Of a stretch of DNA of 64,000 nucleotides, positions 6,978-16,680 are shown piece by piece; position 1 is the first letter of the stretch; each line of letters begins with the position of its first letter. The position numbers and the translations under genes were made by a program. The notes below the pieces were generated by a model that was given only the letters and a program-made list of their open reading frames with translations, had not been told where the DNA came from and did no database searches. The DNA lies in the IMG/VR virus record IMGVR_UViG_3300037524_000424, positions 1-64,000 of that record, one strand, 5' to 3'. The DNA is from a virus. Its lineage: Duplodnaviria; Caudoviricetes.

Positions 6978-9023
6978 ATGCATCCTAGAAAAGAGTTGGA
7001 GAAGTTTAGAGAACTAGTCGAAAAGAGTAAAGACGTTAAGTATCAAGAAGCTAGTGTTGCACCAGAAGATTTACCAGCATTTCAACCACTAGAAGACAAA
7101 AATCCAATAGAAATATTAGAAAAGAATACAGTGGTTCGCCCGAAGGGACGACCAAAGGGGTCTATTAGCAAGAATGTAGGATTTAAAAAGAAAGATTCGG
7201 AAGAAGTCCTCAAAGCTCGAAGAACTTTATGGAGGAAGGGTATCTTGGCTGAAATGAAGCTAGATAAAATGCAGCTTGAGTTGTATAAGAAATTTAAGAA
7301 TAGAACAGATTCGTTAGTAGTTTGGGTATCAGGAAGGCAAACGGGTAAATGTCTAACTGGCGACACTAAAGTAATGACTCCAGTAGGACCCAAGACTATA
7401 AATGAAATCCAAGTAGGCGATTATGTCATAGGTTATGATGGAGAAGGAAAAACTAGTCCAACCAAAGTGTTAGGTAAGCAGTACCAGGGTGAGCAGGAAG
7501 TAGTTGATTTGGTATATAATCGAGATATTTTAGCTACTTGCACACTGAATCATCGGTGGGTGAAATTAAACGAACTGACTGGAAACGAAGAGATTATAGA
7601 GACATCTGACATAACAGATTATACTACGTTAATATCTAACTTAGAATTAGATTATGTTGGAGTAAGAAAAGAGAATCTAAGAATTGAAGAAACTTGGGAT
7701 ATACTAATAGATAATGAAACACATCTATATCTAACTGCCGATGGGTTAGTTACACATAACTCCTTTACGGCACTAACTACTGTTATGGAAGCCTGTTTAC
7801 AGACCGCAGGACTAAGAGTTGCCTATGTTAGTCCGCAGAAAGCCCAAACGCGAGATGTGGTAGAAAAAAACATCCACATAATACTAGCCGACTGCCCAGA
7901 TCAACTTCGTCCTAAGTATGACCAACAACGAGGTATGTGGAAGTTTAATAACGGCTCTATCATGAAAGTAGCCGGTATTGATGGAGGTCACGTTGAATCT
8001 CTTAGAGGACAAACTTTTGACATAGTAGTAGTAGATGAAGCAGGATTTCCTTCAGCTCAGGAATTTGAGTATGCCATGGAGTCTGTTATTTTCCCTACAA
8101 TGACAAGAGCAACCAATCCTGTATTACTATTATTTAGTACTCCACCAGTTAACTATGACCACCCGTTCAACGATTATTGGGAAAAAGCAGAAGTCACAGG
8201 GAACTTTATCCTCAAGACAATATACGATAGTACGCTACCTAAGTCTCAAATAGCCGACATCGAAGCTCGCTATGGTATAGACTCTATTGCCTTTAGAAGA
8301 GAATTTAAGTGCGAACGTATAGCCGACACTAACGCCTTAGTAATCCCGGAAGCAACTCGTTCCGTTATGGAAGACATTGTAGTCGAACACAAACGACCTC
8401 CCTTTTACCAGACGTATGTGGTAGCCGACTATGGAGTCATGGACTTAAATGCAATAATATTCGCATATTACGACTTCAGAGAGGATGTTATAGTCATTGA
8501 AGACGAACTAAAATTAGCCGGAGCAGAGTACGACACACGAAAAATGGCAGAATGTATTAAAGCGAAAGAGTTGGAGTTATGGGGAGAAGGTGCAAACCCT
8601 ATGCGATATTGTGATAATAACCTCCAAATTATTATGGACTTTGCTAGTATATACAACCTCAATTTCATGGCTACAGACAAGAAGAACAAACACTCCCATG
8701 TGAACATAGTCCGAGAAAAGGTCAGCAGTCAAAAAATACATATAGATCCCAAGTGTGAGAATACCATAAACCATATCCAAAATGCTGTATGGGATAAAGA
8801 CCGTAAGAAGTTCCGAAAGGCGATAGGACACCACTACGACTTTTTGGATTGTGTTATTTATCTAGTCCGAAATATCGACTATAGAAGTAATCCATATCCT
8901 GCCCACTATGACGAACAAGGAATGTATCTTTCTCCAAAATACCTAAAAATGAGAGAGGGAGAAGGTTTCGTTAATCAACTCAAACAGATGTTTACCCCCA
9001 GAAAGACTCGAAATAACCGTTAG
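6978..9023 (+). CDS. terL: terminase large subunit (intein-containing)
   Basis: Walker A GRQTGK|S, Walker B VVVDEAG, coupling FSTPP, nuclease VADYG and HHYDFLD. Confidence 0.92.
   Translation: MHPRKELEKFRELVEKSKDVKYQEASVAPEDLPAFQPLEDKNPIEILEKNTVVRPKGRPKGSISKNVGFKKKDSEEVLKARRTLWRKGILAEMKLDKMQLELYKKFKNRTDSLVVWVSGRQTGKCLTGDTKVMTPVGPKTINEIQVGDYVIGYDGEGKTSPTKVLGKQYQGEQEVVDLVYNRDILATCTLNHRWVKLNELTGNEEIIETSDITDYTTLISNLELDYVGVRKENLRIEETWDILIDNETHLYLTADGLVTHNSFTALTTVMEACLQTAGLRVAYVSPQKAQTRDVVEKNIHIILADCPDQLRPKYDQQRGMWKFNNGSIMKVAGIDGGHVESLRGQTFDIVVVDEAGFPSAQEFEYAMESVIFPTMTRATNPVLLLFSTPPVNYDHPFNDYWEKAEVTGNFILKTIYDSTLPKSQIADIEARYGIDSIAFRREFKCERIADTNALVIPEATRSVMEDIVVEHKRPPFYQTYVVADYGVMDLNAIIFAYYDFREDVIVIEDELKLAGAEYDTRKMAECIKAKELELWGEGANPMRYCDNNLQIIMDFASIYNLNFMATDKKNKHSHVNIVREKVSSQKIHIDPKCENTINHIQNAVWDKDRKKFRKAIGHHYDFLDCVIYLVRNIDYRSNPYPAHYDEQGMYLSPKYLKMREGEGFVNQLKQMFTPRKTRNNR
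7350..7760 (+). mobile_element. mini-intein (137 aa, no endonuclease) in the TerL P-loop
   Basis: Starts CLTGDTKV after GK, block B TxNHRW, ends LVTHN followed by Ser. Confidence 0.92.
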
Positions 9024-9032
9024 CATCAAGTA
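9024..9032 (+). promoter_or_regulatory. CATCAAGTA motif copy 2
   Basis: Abuts the terL stop; followed by ATAGTATAAC. Confidence 0.7.
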
Positions 9033-9069
9033 ATAGTATAACATTCAAATATTTCAACAGGAAGTTCAG

Positions 9070-10071
9070 ATGGCTTTCCGAAAGAACCGCGGAATAGCGT
9101 CCAATTTGTTGTCCAAGCGCGATCCTGGACAAGTTATGCAAGATTCGCATAATATGGACGAGTTTGCCTTAGACGTAATGGTGGCAAACAGTTTTATTCC
9201 CAAGAGATACAGTAAAATATCCTGGGAGAACCAGGTGCTAACCGACGGAACAGAAGAAGTGAAGTATCTATTCTTCTGGGGTTTCGGGGAAAAAGAGTCC
9301 AATCAGCTTGAAGTCTACGATAGTCCTCTTGGTTCAAAAGAAAAAACAACAATAAATTTAGCAGCTTATAGTCCAGCATTACTAGCGGGCAAGTATTTCT
9401 ACGTCTATGATGACGTTGGAAGTGTAGCCGCTTGGTTTAATGTTGACGGTAACAACTCTCAGCCAGCAGTTTTAGCGAACAGATTCCTAGAAATTCCACT
9501 AGTTGCATCAGATAGTCCAGCCGCCATCGCCCTAGCAATTAAGACTGCATTTCATGCTGACAGCGAGTTTGTTTCAGTAAATACTAGTACTTATGTAATG
9601 ATTGAGAGTGCTACCAACGGCAATAAGACTAACTCAGTCAACGGCGACACTAACTTTAACTTTCTAGTTGAGGACGGGTCTGATAGTATAAACAGTAAAT
9701 ATTTAGAACTGTCAGATGACAAAAACTCCAAGCACTATATTTGGTTTAACGTAAATGGAACTGGGGTAGACCCGAGCATACCGTTGAGCGTCGGAATTGA
9801 GGTGCCCCTAGCAATAGCAGAAACAGCCTCTACAGTAGCCCAAAAGATTACCCTAGCCCTAAGTACCCATAGCAGATTTAAAGCGACGCAAGAGGGTGTT
9901 TACGTCGTTATAGAGTGTGTCTACGATGGCGCTAGTGACGGGCTAGTCGACGGTAACACAGGATTTGTGCTGAATGAAATCCAAAATGGGGAAGATAAGC
10001 CGTTGGTGGCGAAAGTAGAAGTGATATTGGATAGTAATGATTTTCCTGTTGCATTTGAAAGGATTCTTTAA
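9070..10071 (+). CDS. probable virion structural protein with an internally duplicated domain
   Basis: Two (G/S)KY(F/L)...WFNVxG...P repeats; late region. Confidence 0.55.
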   Translation: MAFRKNRGIASNLLSKRDPGQVMQDSHNMDEFALDVMVANSFIPKRYSKISWENQVLTDGTEEVKYLFFWGFGEKESNQLEVYDSPLGSKEKTTINLAAYSPALLAGKYFYVYDDVGSVAAWFNVDGNNSQPAVLANRFLEIPLVASDSPAAIALAIKTAFHADSEFVSVNTSTYVMIESATNGNKTNSVNGDTNFNFLVEDGSDSINSKYLELSDDKNSKHYIWFNVNGTGVDPSIPLSVGIEVPLAIAETASTVAQKITLALSTHSRFKATQEGVYVVIECVYDGASDGLVDGNTGFVLNEIQNGEDKPLVAKVEVILDSNDFPVAFERIL

Positions 10072-10089
10072 TAAAATCAAGGATTTAGT

Positions 10090-10503
10090 ATGATTGACAA
10101 TATCTGGCAATACTTAAATAATTGGATACGTCAAAAGTTCAAAGAGACTTTTACTGAGGACGTAAACGGTGATACTGCTTTTCGGGTAGTGGGGTCTTTT
10201 AGTCAAGCGAATGATGACCCTAATGAAGAGATAATCCTAAATGAGGAAATTCCTTTAGCTAACGTAGAACATACTATATCATTGCCAGCAGATACTCGTG
10301 GATATTGGATTAAAGTAAGGTCGGGGGTAAGCAGTCTAAAACTTGCCTATGAGGCAGGAGAAACTGCGACCAACTTCTATACTATAGCGGCAGGCAATGT
10401 CTACTACTCTTTTCCTATAAATTTTTTGACGGCTAAGGACATCTATATTTCATCATCAAGTAATAGTATAGTGGTTGAAATAAAAATACACAAAAAGGTC
10501 TAG
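10090..10503 (+). CDS. probable structural beta-sandwich protein
   Basis: Distant similarity to the C-terminal domains of 10537-11511 and 11808-12146. Confidence 0.5.
   Translation: MIDNIWQYLNNWIRQKFKETFTEDVNGDTAFRVVGSFSQANDDPNEEIILNEEIPLANVEHTISLPADTRGYWIKVRSGVSSLKLAYEAGETATNFYTIAAGNVYYSFPINFLTAKDIYISSSSNSIVVEIKIHKKV
10454..10462 (+). promoter_or_regulatory. CATCAAGTA motif copy 3 (inside CDS)
   Basis: CATCAAGTAATAGTATA identical to copy 2; 75 nt before the next ATG. Confidence 0.55.
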
Positions 10504-10536
10504 GAATATCCTAGATTAACTGGGGGAGGATGCATT

Positions 10537-11511
10537 ATGTTTGGTAAAGAAAAATTAGTTTTTGACCCTGCGGCTGCCAGCGAAACGGATAACGTGGGCG
10601 CATACTTACGAGCCAGCGACGGCACTCTTCTCACCCACACAGATGTTGGTGGTAAAAAAGCATTGGATGTTAATGTTGAGAATGACGTAACTGTTATTGC
10701 TACAGATTTAGACATTCGTGACTTAGACTTTGCTACTGACAGCGTAGATGTTTCTGGTAGTGCGGTTTCTATTACTGGTGATGTTAATGTTACTCAAGGG
10801 ACTTCACCTTGGGTTGTAAGTGCTACAGATCTAGATATCCGAGATTTAGCTTTCGCTACAGATAGCGTAACAGCTCATCAAGGCGGAACTTGGATTATTG
10901 ACAGCATCACTAACGATGTTAACGTGACTGCTACTGATTTAGACATTCGCGATTTAGATGCTGCTCAGGATAATGTAGCAATCAGCGATGGAACTAATAC
11001 TTTAGTTGTTAATGCTGATGGTAGCATCAATGTTAATGCTGACATTGACATTGTTACTGGTTCAGAGAAAGCCGAAGATGCTGCTCACGCTAGCGGTGAT
11101 ATCGGTAACTATGTTTTAGCAGTTCGTCAGGATACTTTAGCTAACAGCGTAAGTGCTGATGGTGACTATGCTTCTTTCAAAGTGAATGCCCAAGGTGCTT
11201 TGTATGTTGATGTATCCAAAGCTGCCCCTGCTTCTCACACTTCTTGGTTGGTTTCTCAAAATACAGTTAGTACTACTGCTGAATTAATTGTAGCAGCCGA
11301 CCTAGCTAACCGCAAGAAAATCTTAATTCAAAATGTTACTACTGGTGGAAAAACACTGTATTTAGGACACTCAAATGCAGTAACTACTGCTAATGGAATC
11401 AGACTTTCTTCTGGTGCCGGAATTGAATTAGAGTTAGCTGCCGGTGTTGAGATTTGGGCAATCGCTAACGATGCTAGTGCCGATGTTCGAGTAGCCGAAC
11501 TTGCTGCTTAA
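10537..11511 (+). CDS. virion fibre/decoration protein
   Basis: Three V.ATDLDIRDL repeats; C-terminal beta-rich domain; highly biased codon use. Confidence 0.6.
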   Translation: MFGKEKLVFDPAAASETDNVGAYLRASDGTLLTHTDVGGKKALDVNVENDVTVIATDLDIRDLDFATDSVDVSGSAVSITGDVNVTQGTSPWVVSATDLDIRDLAFATDSVTAHQGGTWIIDSITNDVNVTATDLDIRDLDAAQDNVAISDGTNTLVVNADGSINVNADIDIVTGSEKAEDAAHASGDIGNYVLAVRQDTLANSVSADGDYASFKVNAQGALYVDVSKAAPASHTSWLVSQNTVSTTAELIVAADLANRKKILIQNVTTGGKTLYLGHSNAVTTANGIRLSSGAGIELELAAGVEIWAIANDASADVRVAELAA

Positions 11512-11535
11512 TTAGTCGTATTACAAGGATGAAGT

Positions 11536-11808
11536 ATGCAAAACAATGATGTTAGCGTAAAGATTACAAAACAAGACAAAGCTCTCCTCGATAATCTCGT
11601 AAGGATTTTGGGGAGGGCTAAAATCGTATTAGAGGGAGTAGAAATCTTGGTAGCGGCAGACGCTATGAGATGGCTCTCCCGCTTTCAAAAACAAATCCAA
11701 ACAGAAGACTCCAAACCTCCGATTAATATAGTCGCTACAGAAATAGAGAAGCCAATTGGAGAGATAGAGTCAGCTAAACCTAAGAAATCAAAAAAGGTAG
11801 TTGAATAG
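11536..11808 (+). CDS. hypothetical protein
   Basis: ORF in operon with AAGGA RBS. Confidence 0.6.
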   Translation: MQNNDVSVKITKQDKALLDNLVRILGRAKIVLEGVEILVAADAMRWLSRFQKQIQTEDSKPPINIVATEIEKPIGEIESAKPKKSKKVVE

Positions 11809-12146
11809 TGGGATTTATATCAGATAGCAATAAAACCTATTTTGATGACCAAACGGCTAATGCTGATATCCTGAATAGCTCAGGACTAGAAGGAAGTTTA
11901 TCTGTTGGGACTAGCGCAATTGAAATCAAGGTTGGGGCAAGTCCTTTGACTGGTAGAAAAGAAGTAACTTTGTTTAATAACAGTAATAATACGATATACT
12001 GGGGATATACCTCAGGAGTAACTGTATCTACTGGTACTCCTATAGTCAAAAATCAGTTTGTAACTTGGTCAGTAGGGGATTTGTTGTCGTTATATGTTAT
12101 AGCCGGTAGTGCTGGGAATAACTGTAGAATAACAGAGGCGGCATAA
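11808..12146 (+). CDS. structural protein, paralog of the 10537 C-terminal domain
   Basis: RKEVTLFN...IYWG...VT...G aligns with RKKILIQN...LYLG...VTTANG. Confidence 0.6.
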   Translation: MGFISDSNKTYFDDQTANADILNSSGLEGSLSVGTSAIEIKVGASPLTGRKEVTLFNNSNNTIYWGYTSGVTVSTGTPIVKNQFVTWSVGDLLSLYVIAGSAGNNCRITEAA

Positions 12147-12938
12147 GTGACGACTAAAGTTACAATGAGTCCAGTCGCCCGTTCGATTCCTTATGATTTT
12201 CTAGCAAATTCTATTAGAGCCGATAATCTCCAAGAAACCATTGAAGAGTTGAGAAGACAAACCGTTTTTGAACCCGAATATTGGATTTCTACTCTAAATG
12301 GAGAAGCAATATTAAACTCCACAAATTCTACATTACATATTGCAAATGGTACGGCTACAGGATATCATTTTCATTTACCAGACGCGACTACTTTGTTTAA
12401 TGGTCAAAATTATATTATCGCTAATAGATCATCAGCAACAATGACCATAGTAGATTTTAATGACAACTTTTTATTCGAGTTATTAGCCGACTCTATAGCG
12501 ACTATATATTTAAGAGATAATTCTACTCAAAATGGGATATGGATTGGATATGTAGTTTCAGGATTTGCTACTGGAATTTTGAGTTATAATCTAATATCAG
12601 ATACACCATTTACAACTAACTCAACAACATTTGTCCCTATAACTGGATACTCTGTTACCCCAGTTGCAGGAACCTACTCTATATGGTACAATGCTTCAAT
12701 TCTTTATACAACTACCCCTATATCGCATTATTGGGCACTTTTTAGAGGGGGTGTCATAATAGTGGATAGTGAAAGAGAACAACTAACCTCTCGTTCTAAT
12801 CAAAATATGGTAGATACAACACAAACGGTAGCACAATTTAACGGTTCTCAGATACTAGATGTTCGAGTAAGAAGAGGAACCTCTGGACAAATAACTGTAA
12901 ATAGAAGATCATTAACATTAATCAGACTAGGACCCTAA
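12147..12938 (+). CDS. probable tail/fibre-associated protein
   Basis: GTG start; Thr/Ser-rich beta-type sequence. Confidence 0.5.
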   Translation: MTTKVTMSPVARSIPYDFLANSIRADNLQETIEELRRQTVFEPEYWISTLNGEAILNSTNSTLHIANGTATGYHFHLPDATTLFNGQNYIIANRSSATMTIVDFNDNFLFELLADSIATIYLRDNSTQNGIWIGYVVSGFATGILSYNLISDTPFTTNSTTFVPITGYSVTPVAGTYSIWYNASILYTTTPISHYWALFRGGVIIVDSEREQLTSRSNQNMVDTTQTVAQFNGSQILDVRVRRGTSGQITVNRRSLTLIRLGP

Positions 12939-12939
12939 T

Positions 12940-13932
12940 ATGCAATATAACTACACAAAAACAATAAATCCAGAACAACTATCGAGAGAAATCCAATCTA
13001 GTGCAATTACTGTCGCTTTGGACTTTGTAACATCCCTTGGTACCGATGTCAGTATATTTTTTAAAGCCGAACTTAGCCCAGATGAATTGACTATTTTAAA
13101 CAATTTAGTATCTAACCACATTGCATTACCTAGTCCAGATCAACCCACAGTGGTTGACTTAGCGACCAAAAGTTCTACCCGTAAACTACCTAAAGTTGAA
13201 ATCTACGAACCGGAAGGAACTTTTTACACCATAGTTTCTCACGATCTGACTGACCCGACAACCTGGTATCAACGCAGCGTAAGAGTTGAAAATGAAGAAT
13301 TAGTCCTAGACTCTGGATTGATATATAGTTTTGCCCATGACAAAGTCATCGACCTGACTCATGGTAAAGTCACCAAAGAGGACTTCTATAATATCGGTAG
13401 AGAACTAATAGTTCGGGACGGTCTAACTGTTTTAGTCGAAGATGTCGACTTCACTATGGATTATGCAGAAGGAAAACTGACGTTATCCCAAGCACCACAG
13501 TCTACTTTAACTGCCGACTATAACTATGCCACATCTTCTTGTTTCTCCTTAACTCCTACCTCTGGAAAAATCCTAACTATCCAACACGCAGAAGTTCAGT
13601 TTACTAAGAACATTCAAATGACTACCCCGCTACACTTTGACATCTATGCATATAATCCATACGACTATCCTAATAAAGTTTTAGTTGAGAGGGTTGTTTA
13701 TAAGAATGTTAAAGATATTGTTAATATTGCGAATTTGGGACAAGGATTTATCCCGGCTTTTGGTACTATATTAAATGATGTACTAGTTTTTCCTTTTCAA
13801 TATGCTCGAACTATTGACTTGAAGTCCAGTCAAGGAATCGAAATTGAAGTTTGTTTAAAAAACCACATTCCGTATACAGGTGAGTTTGCTACCGTAACTT
13901 TTTACTGCGTTGAAGAAGATGAGACTACTTAG
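12940..13932 (+). CDS. probable virion structural protein
   Basis: 330 aa, includes VEDVDFTMDYAEGKL repeat-type segment. Confidence 0.5.
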   Translation: MQYNYTKTINPEQLSREIQSSAITVALDFVTSLGTDVSIFFKAELSPDELTILNNLVSNHIALPSPDQPTVVDLATKSSTRKLPKVEIYEPEGTFYTIVSHDLTDPTTWYQRSVRVENEELVLDSGLIYSFAHDKVIDLTHGKVTKEDFYNIGRELIVRDGLTVLVEDVDFTMDYAEGKLTLSQAPQSTLTADYNYATSSCFSLTPTSGKILTIQHAEVQFTKNIQMTTPLHFDIYAYNPYDYPNKVLVERVVYKNVKDIVNIANLGQGFIPAFGTILNDVLVFPFQYARTIDLKSSQGIEIEVCLKNHIPYTGEFATVTFYCVEEDETT

Positions 13933-14269
13933 TGTCCTACTTTTTGTAGTATTCATAGTCCAAATGCTGCCTATATTACTGGTTTTAGCAGCATTACACT
14001 ATATCCCAGCTTTACGAATTTGGGCATATAATCTCCTCATTGGGATCGACCAATTCAGCAATACAATAATGCTGGGGTCTTATGAGGAAACTATTAGTAG
14101 TCGATTAGGTAGGGCGCAGTTGTCAGGCAAACCGACTTGGTATGCTAGATGGGCACAGATTTCGGTAGATTATGTATGTGCATTGTATGGAGATTATAAT
14201 CATTGCGTAAATGCTATTAAACCGGGCGAGGACTATAGCAGCGAAATTTGGTCTTGGATACGGGAGTAG
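13910..14269 (+). CDS. conserved phage membrane protein
   Basis: N-terminal TM; NLLIGIDQFSN...ETISSRLG motif typical of phage proteins. Confidence 0.55.
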   Translation: MKKMRLLSVLLFVVFIVQMLPILLVLAALHYIPALRIWAYNLLIGIDQFSNTIMLGSYEETISSRLGRAQLSGKPTWYARWAQISVDYVCALYGDYNHCVNAIKPGEDYSSEIWSWIRE

Positions 14270-14568
14270 ATATGGAACTTTATGAAAAATTATTGAATAA
14301 AATTAAAGAGTTGCAGGAAAGTGGAGTGCCATTACTATTTTTTCGAGATCCTAGAACCAAGTTACCATCAGTTAGTTTGACTATGATGCTAATATCATTT
14401 CTATTGGTATTGATAGGATTGATTAATAAATGGGCACAAATCGTGCAAGGAATCGAGATAGATGGGGCGATGGAGTTGCTTTATGTGACCTCTGGCTTGT
14501 ACTTCGGGCGCGCAATTTCGAAGCGCACCTATAATGCAGCCGATCAAGGCAAGGGCGAAGATAAATAG
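14248..14568 (+). CDS. 2-TM membrane protein, holin-like
   Basis: Hydrophobic segments SLTMMLISFLLVLIG and LLYVTSGLYFG. Confidence 0.4.
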   Translation: MVLDTGVDMELYEKLLNKIKELQESGVPLLFFRDPRTKLPSVSLTMMLISFLLVLIGLINKWAQIVQGIEIDGAMELLYVTSGLYFGRAISKRTYNAADQGKGEDK

Positions 14569-14574
14569 TCCTAG

Positions 14575-14583
14575 CATCAAGTA
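14575..14583 (+). promoter_or_regulatory. CATCAAGTA motif copy 4 (before portal)
   Basis: Followed by TTAGTATAAT; 27 nt to ATG. Confidence 0.7.
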
Positions 14584-14609
14584 TTAGTATAATCAAAAAA
14601 GGGACTTAC

Positions 14610-16679
14610 ATGGCAAGAAAGAATAATGGATATTTTGCTGCTAGGGAATCGGAAGAGGCAGTTTCGGCTATCCAGTCCAAAATTGACGGTTGGGCGACCA
14701 CACTAAGAAGCAACGGTTATATTGACAAACTACGTAATATGTATAATGCATATCACGGAGCATACTTCGACACTACCGGAGACTCCCATCAAATCAGTTT
14801 TGGTGGAGATGACGGAGAAATAGTTCAAATCGCAGTAAATCATATCCGAAACATTGGCGAACACATGGTCACGATGATGACCAGTTCTCGTCCTGCTATG
14901 GAATGTCGTGCCGCTAATACCGACTATCAATCACTTATCCAAACTCAACTAGGTAATGGTCTTTTGGACTATTATATGCGAGAAAAACGTCTTGAAGAAT
15001 ACTTCGTTGACGCTTGTAGGTTGGCAGTATGTCTAGGTTCGGGCTGGATTAAGTTAAACTGGAACGCCACCTTAGGTAACGTAGTCAACCAGGAAGAAAT
15101 AGACCAGGCACTAGAGGCTGGTGAAGAAGCTCCGATTAAGGACTACGAAGGCGACCTAGAGTATGATGTGGTTTCTCCTTTGGATATTATCCTAGATTTA
15201 AGTCAAGAAAATCGAGAACATGACTGGATTATTTGCCGCAGCTATAAAAACCGCTATGACCTTATTGCCAAGTATCCCGACTTAGAAAGTGAGATTGAGG
15301 GAATCGAGAGCAAGTCCAGACTAGATGGTATTAACGTATCCTCTTCAATCATGGACGAAACCGATTTAATTCCAGTATTTGAGTTCTATCATAAGAGAAC
15401 TGCTGCTATGCCCAATGGCAGATATATCTTTTTCTCCTCAAGCAATACAATTTACTATGATGGTGACTTGCCATACCGCAAAATTCCAGTTTATCCCATC
15501 TACTTTTCAAGAATTTTAGGAAGTCCATTAGGATATACAGCATTGTTTGATGTTCTGCCCATTCAGGACGCTATGAACACTCTTTATAGCAGCGCACTAA
15601 GTAATAACGTAGCGTTCGGGACTCAGAACATCCTAGTTCCTAATGGTAGTAACGTAGACATGAACCAACTCGGTGGGTCACTAAACGTTATTACCTACAA
15701 TCAACAAGCAGGACCTCCTACACCTTTGAACTTGACCAACACAAGTCCTGAACTATATAATTTTGTTAATATGTTGAATGGACTAGCTGAAACTATTTCA
15801 GGGATTAACTCTGTAGTTCGGGGCAATCCAGAAGCATCCTTACGTTCTGCATCTGCTATTGCTATGATTCAGTCAAATGCTATTCAGTTTATGTCTAGTT
15901 TGCAGGCATCCTATACCTACTTAATAGAAAACGTCGGAATGGGAACCTTAGAGATACTTCAGGACTTTGCTACCAGCCCAAGGATTGCTAATATCGTTGG
16001 AGAAAGCGGAAAATCCTACATGAAGACTTTTAAGGGAACTGACATTATTAAGATTAATCGGGTTATTATTGATAGTGCTAATCCTTTGACCCGAACCATC
16101 TCTGGTAGACTTCAGATGGCGGATAATCTTCTCCAGTACCAACTTCTCAAAGACCCACAACAATATATAAATATAATCAATAACGGGAAACTAGAGGTTG
16201 GAACCGAAGGGACTATGAAATCCTTCAACCTAATTCGGGGTGAGAACGAAGCGATGATGCAAGGGATTCCTCAGAGGGCATTAGTCTTAGATGACCACGC
16301 TCGACATATTTCAGAACACGCCAGTCTATTAGCTGATCCTATTTTCCGTGATCCAAGTGCTGAACAACTACAAGAAATCGTGCTATCTCATATCCAAGAA
16401 CATAAAGATTTGTGGGTAAATGCTGACCCTGCTATATTAATGGCAACAGGGCAACAACCAGCACCACAACCAGAACCTCAGCAACCTCCACCAGGACAAC
16501 CACCCCAAGCAGGAGAACCTCCGCAAGCCGAAACTGTACCCCAGGATGTAAATCAACAACCACCTCAAGAACAAGCTGGAGCAGAAGTAAATCAAACTAG
16601 ATTTCCCGACGGATTCGATGAAACAAACACGCCACTGACTCCTGAGCAGAACGCTCAGAATTTAGGCTTACGAGGATAA
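14610..16679 (+). CDS. portal protein (P22-like)
   Basis: 689 aa; position; YPIY...PLGY...PIQDAMN, INSVVRG, SAIAM segments; Q/P-rich tail. Confidence 0.85.
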   Translation: MARKNNGYFAARESEEAVSAIQSKIDGWATTLRSNGYIDKLRNMYNAYHGAYFDTTGDSHQISFGGDDGEIVQIAVNHIRNIGEHMVTMMTSSRPAMECRAANTDYQSLIQTQLGNGLLDYYMREKRLEEYFVDACRLAVCLGSGWIKLNWNATLGNVVNQEEIDQALEAGEEAPIKDYEGDLEYDVVSPLDIILDLSQENREHDWIICRSYKNRYDLIAKYPDLESEIEGIESKSRLDGINVSSSIMDETDLIPVFEFYHKRTAAMPNGRYIFFSSSNTIYYDGDLPYRKIPVYPIYFSRILGSPLGYTALFDVLPIQDAMNTLYSSALSNNVAFGTQNILVPNGSNVDMNQLGGSLNVITYNQQAGPPTPLNLTNTSPELYNFVNMLNGLAETISGINSVVRGNPEASLRSASAIAMIQSNAIQFMSSLQASYTYLIENVGMGTLEILQDFATSPRIANIVGESGKSYMKTFKGTDIIKINRVIIDSANPLTRTISGRLQMADNLLQYQLLKDPQQYINIINNGKLEVGTEGTMKSFNLIRGENEAMMQGIPQRALVLDDHARHISEHASLLADPIFRDPSAEQLQEIVLSHIQEHKDLWVNADPAILMATGQQPAPQPEPQQPPPGQPPQAGEPPQAETVPQDVNQQPPQEQAGAEVNQTRFPDGFDETNTPLTPEQNAQNLGLRG

Positions 16680-16680
16680 T

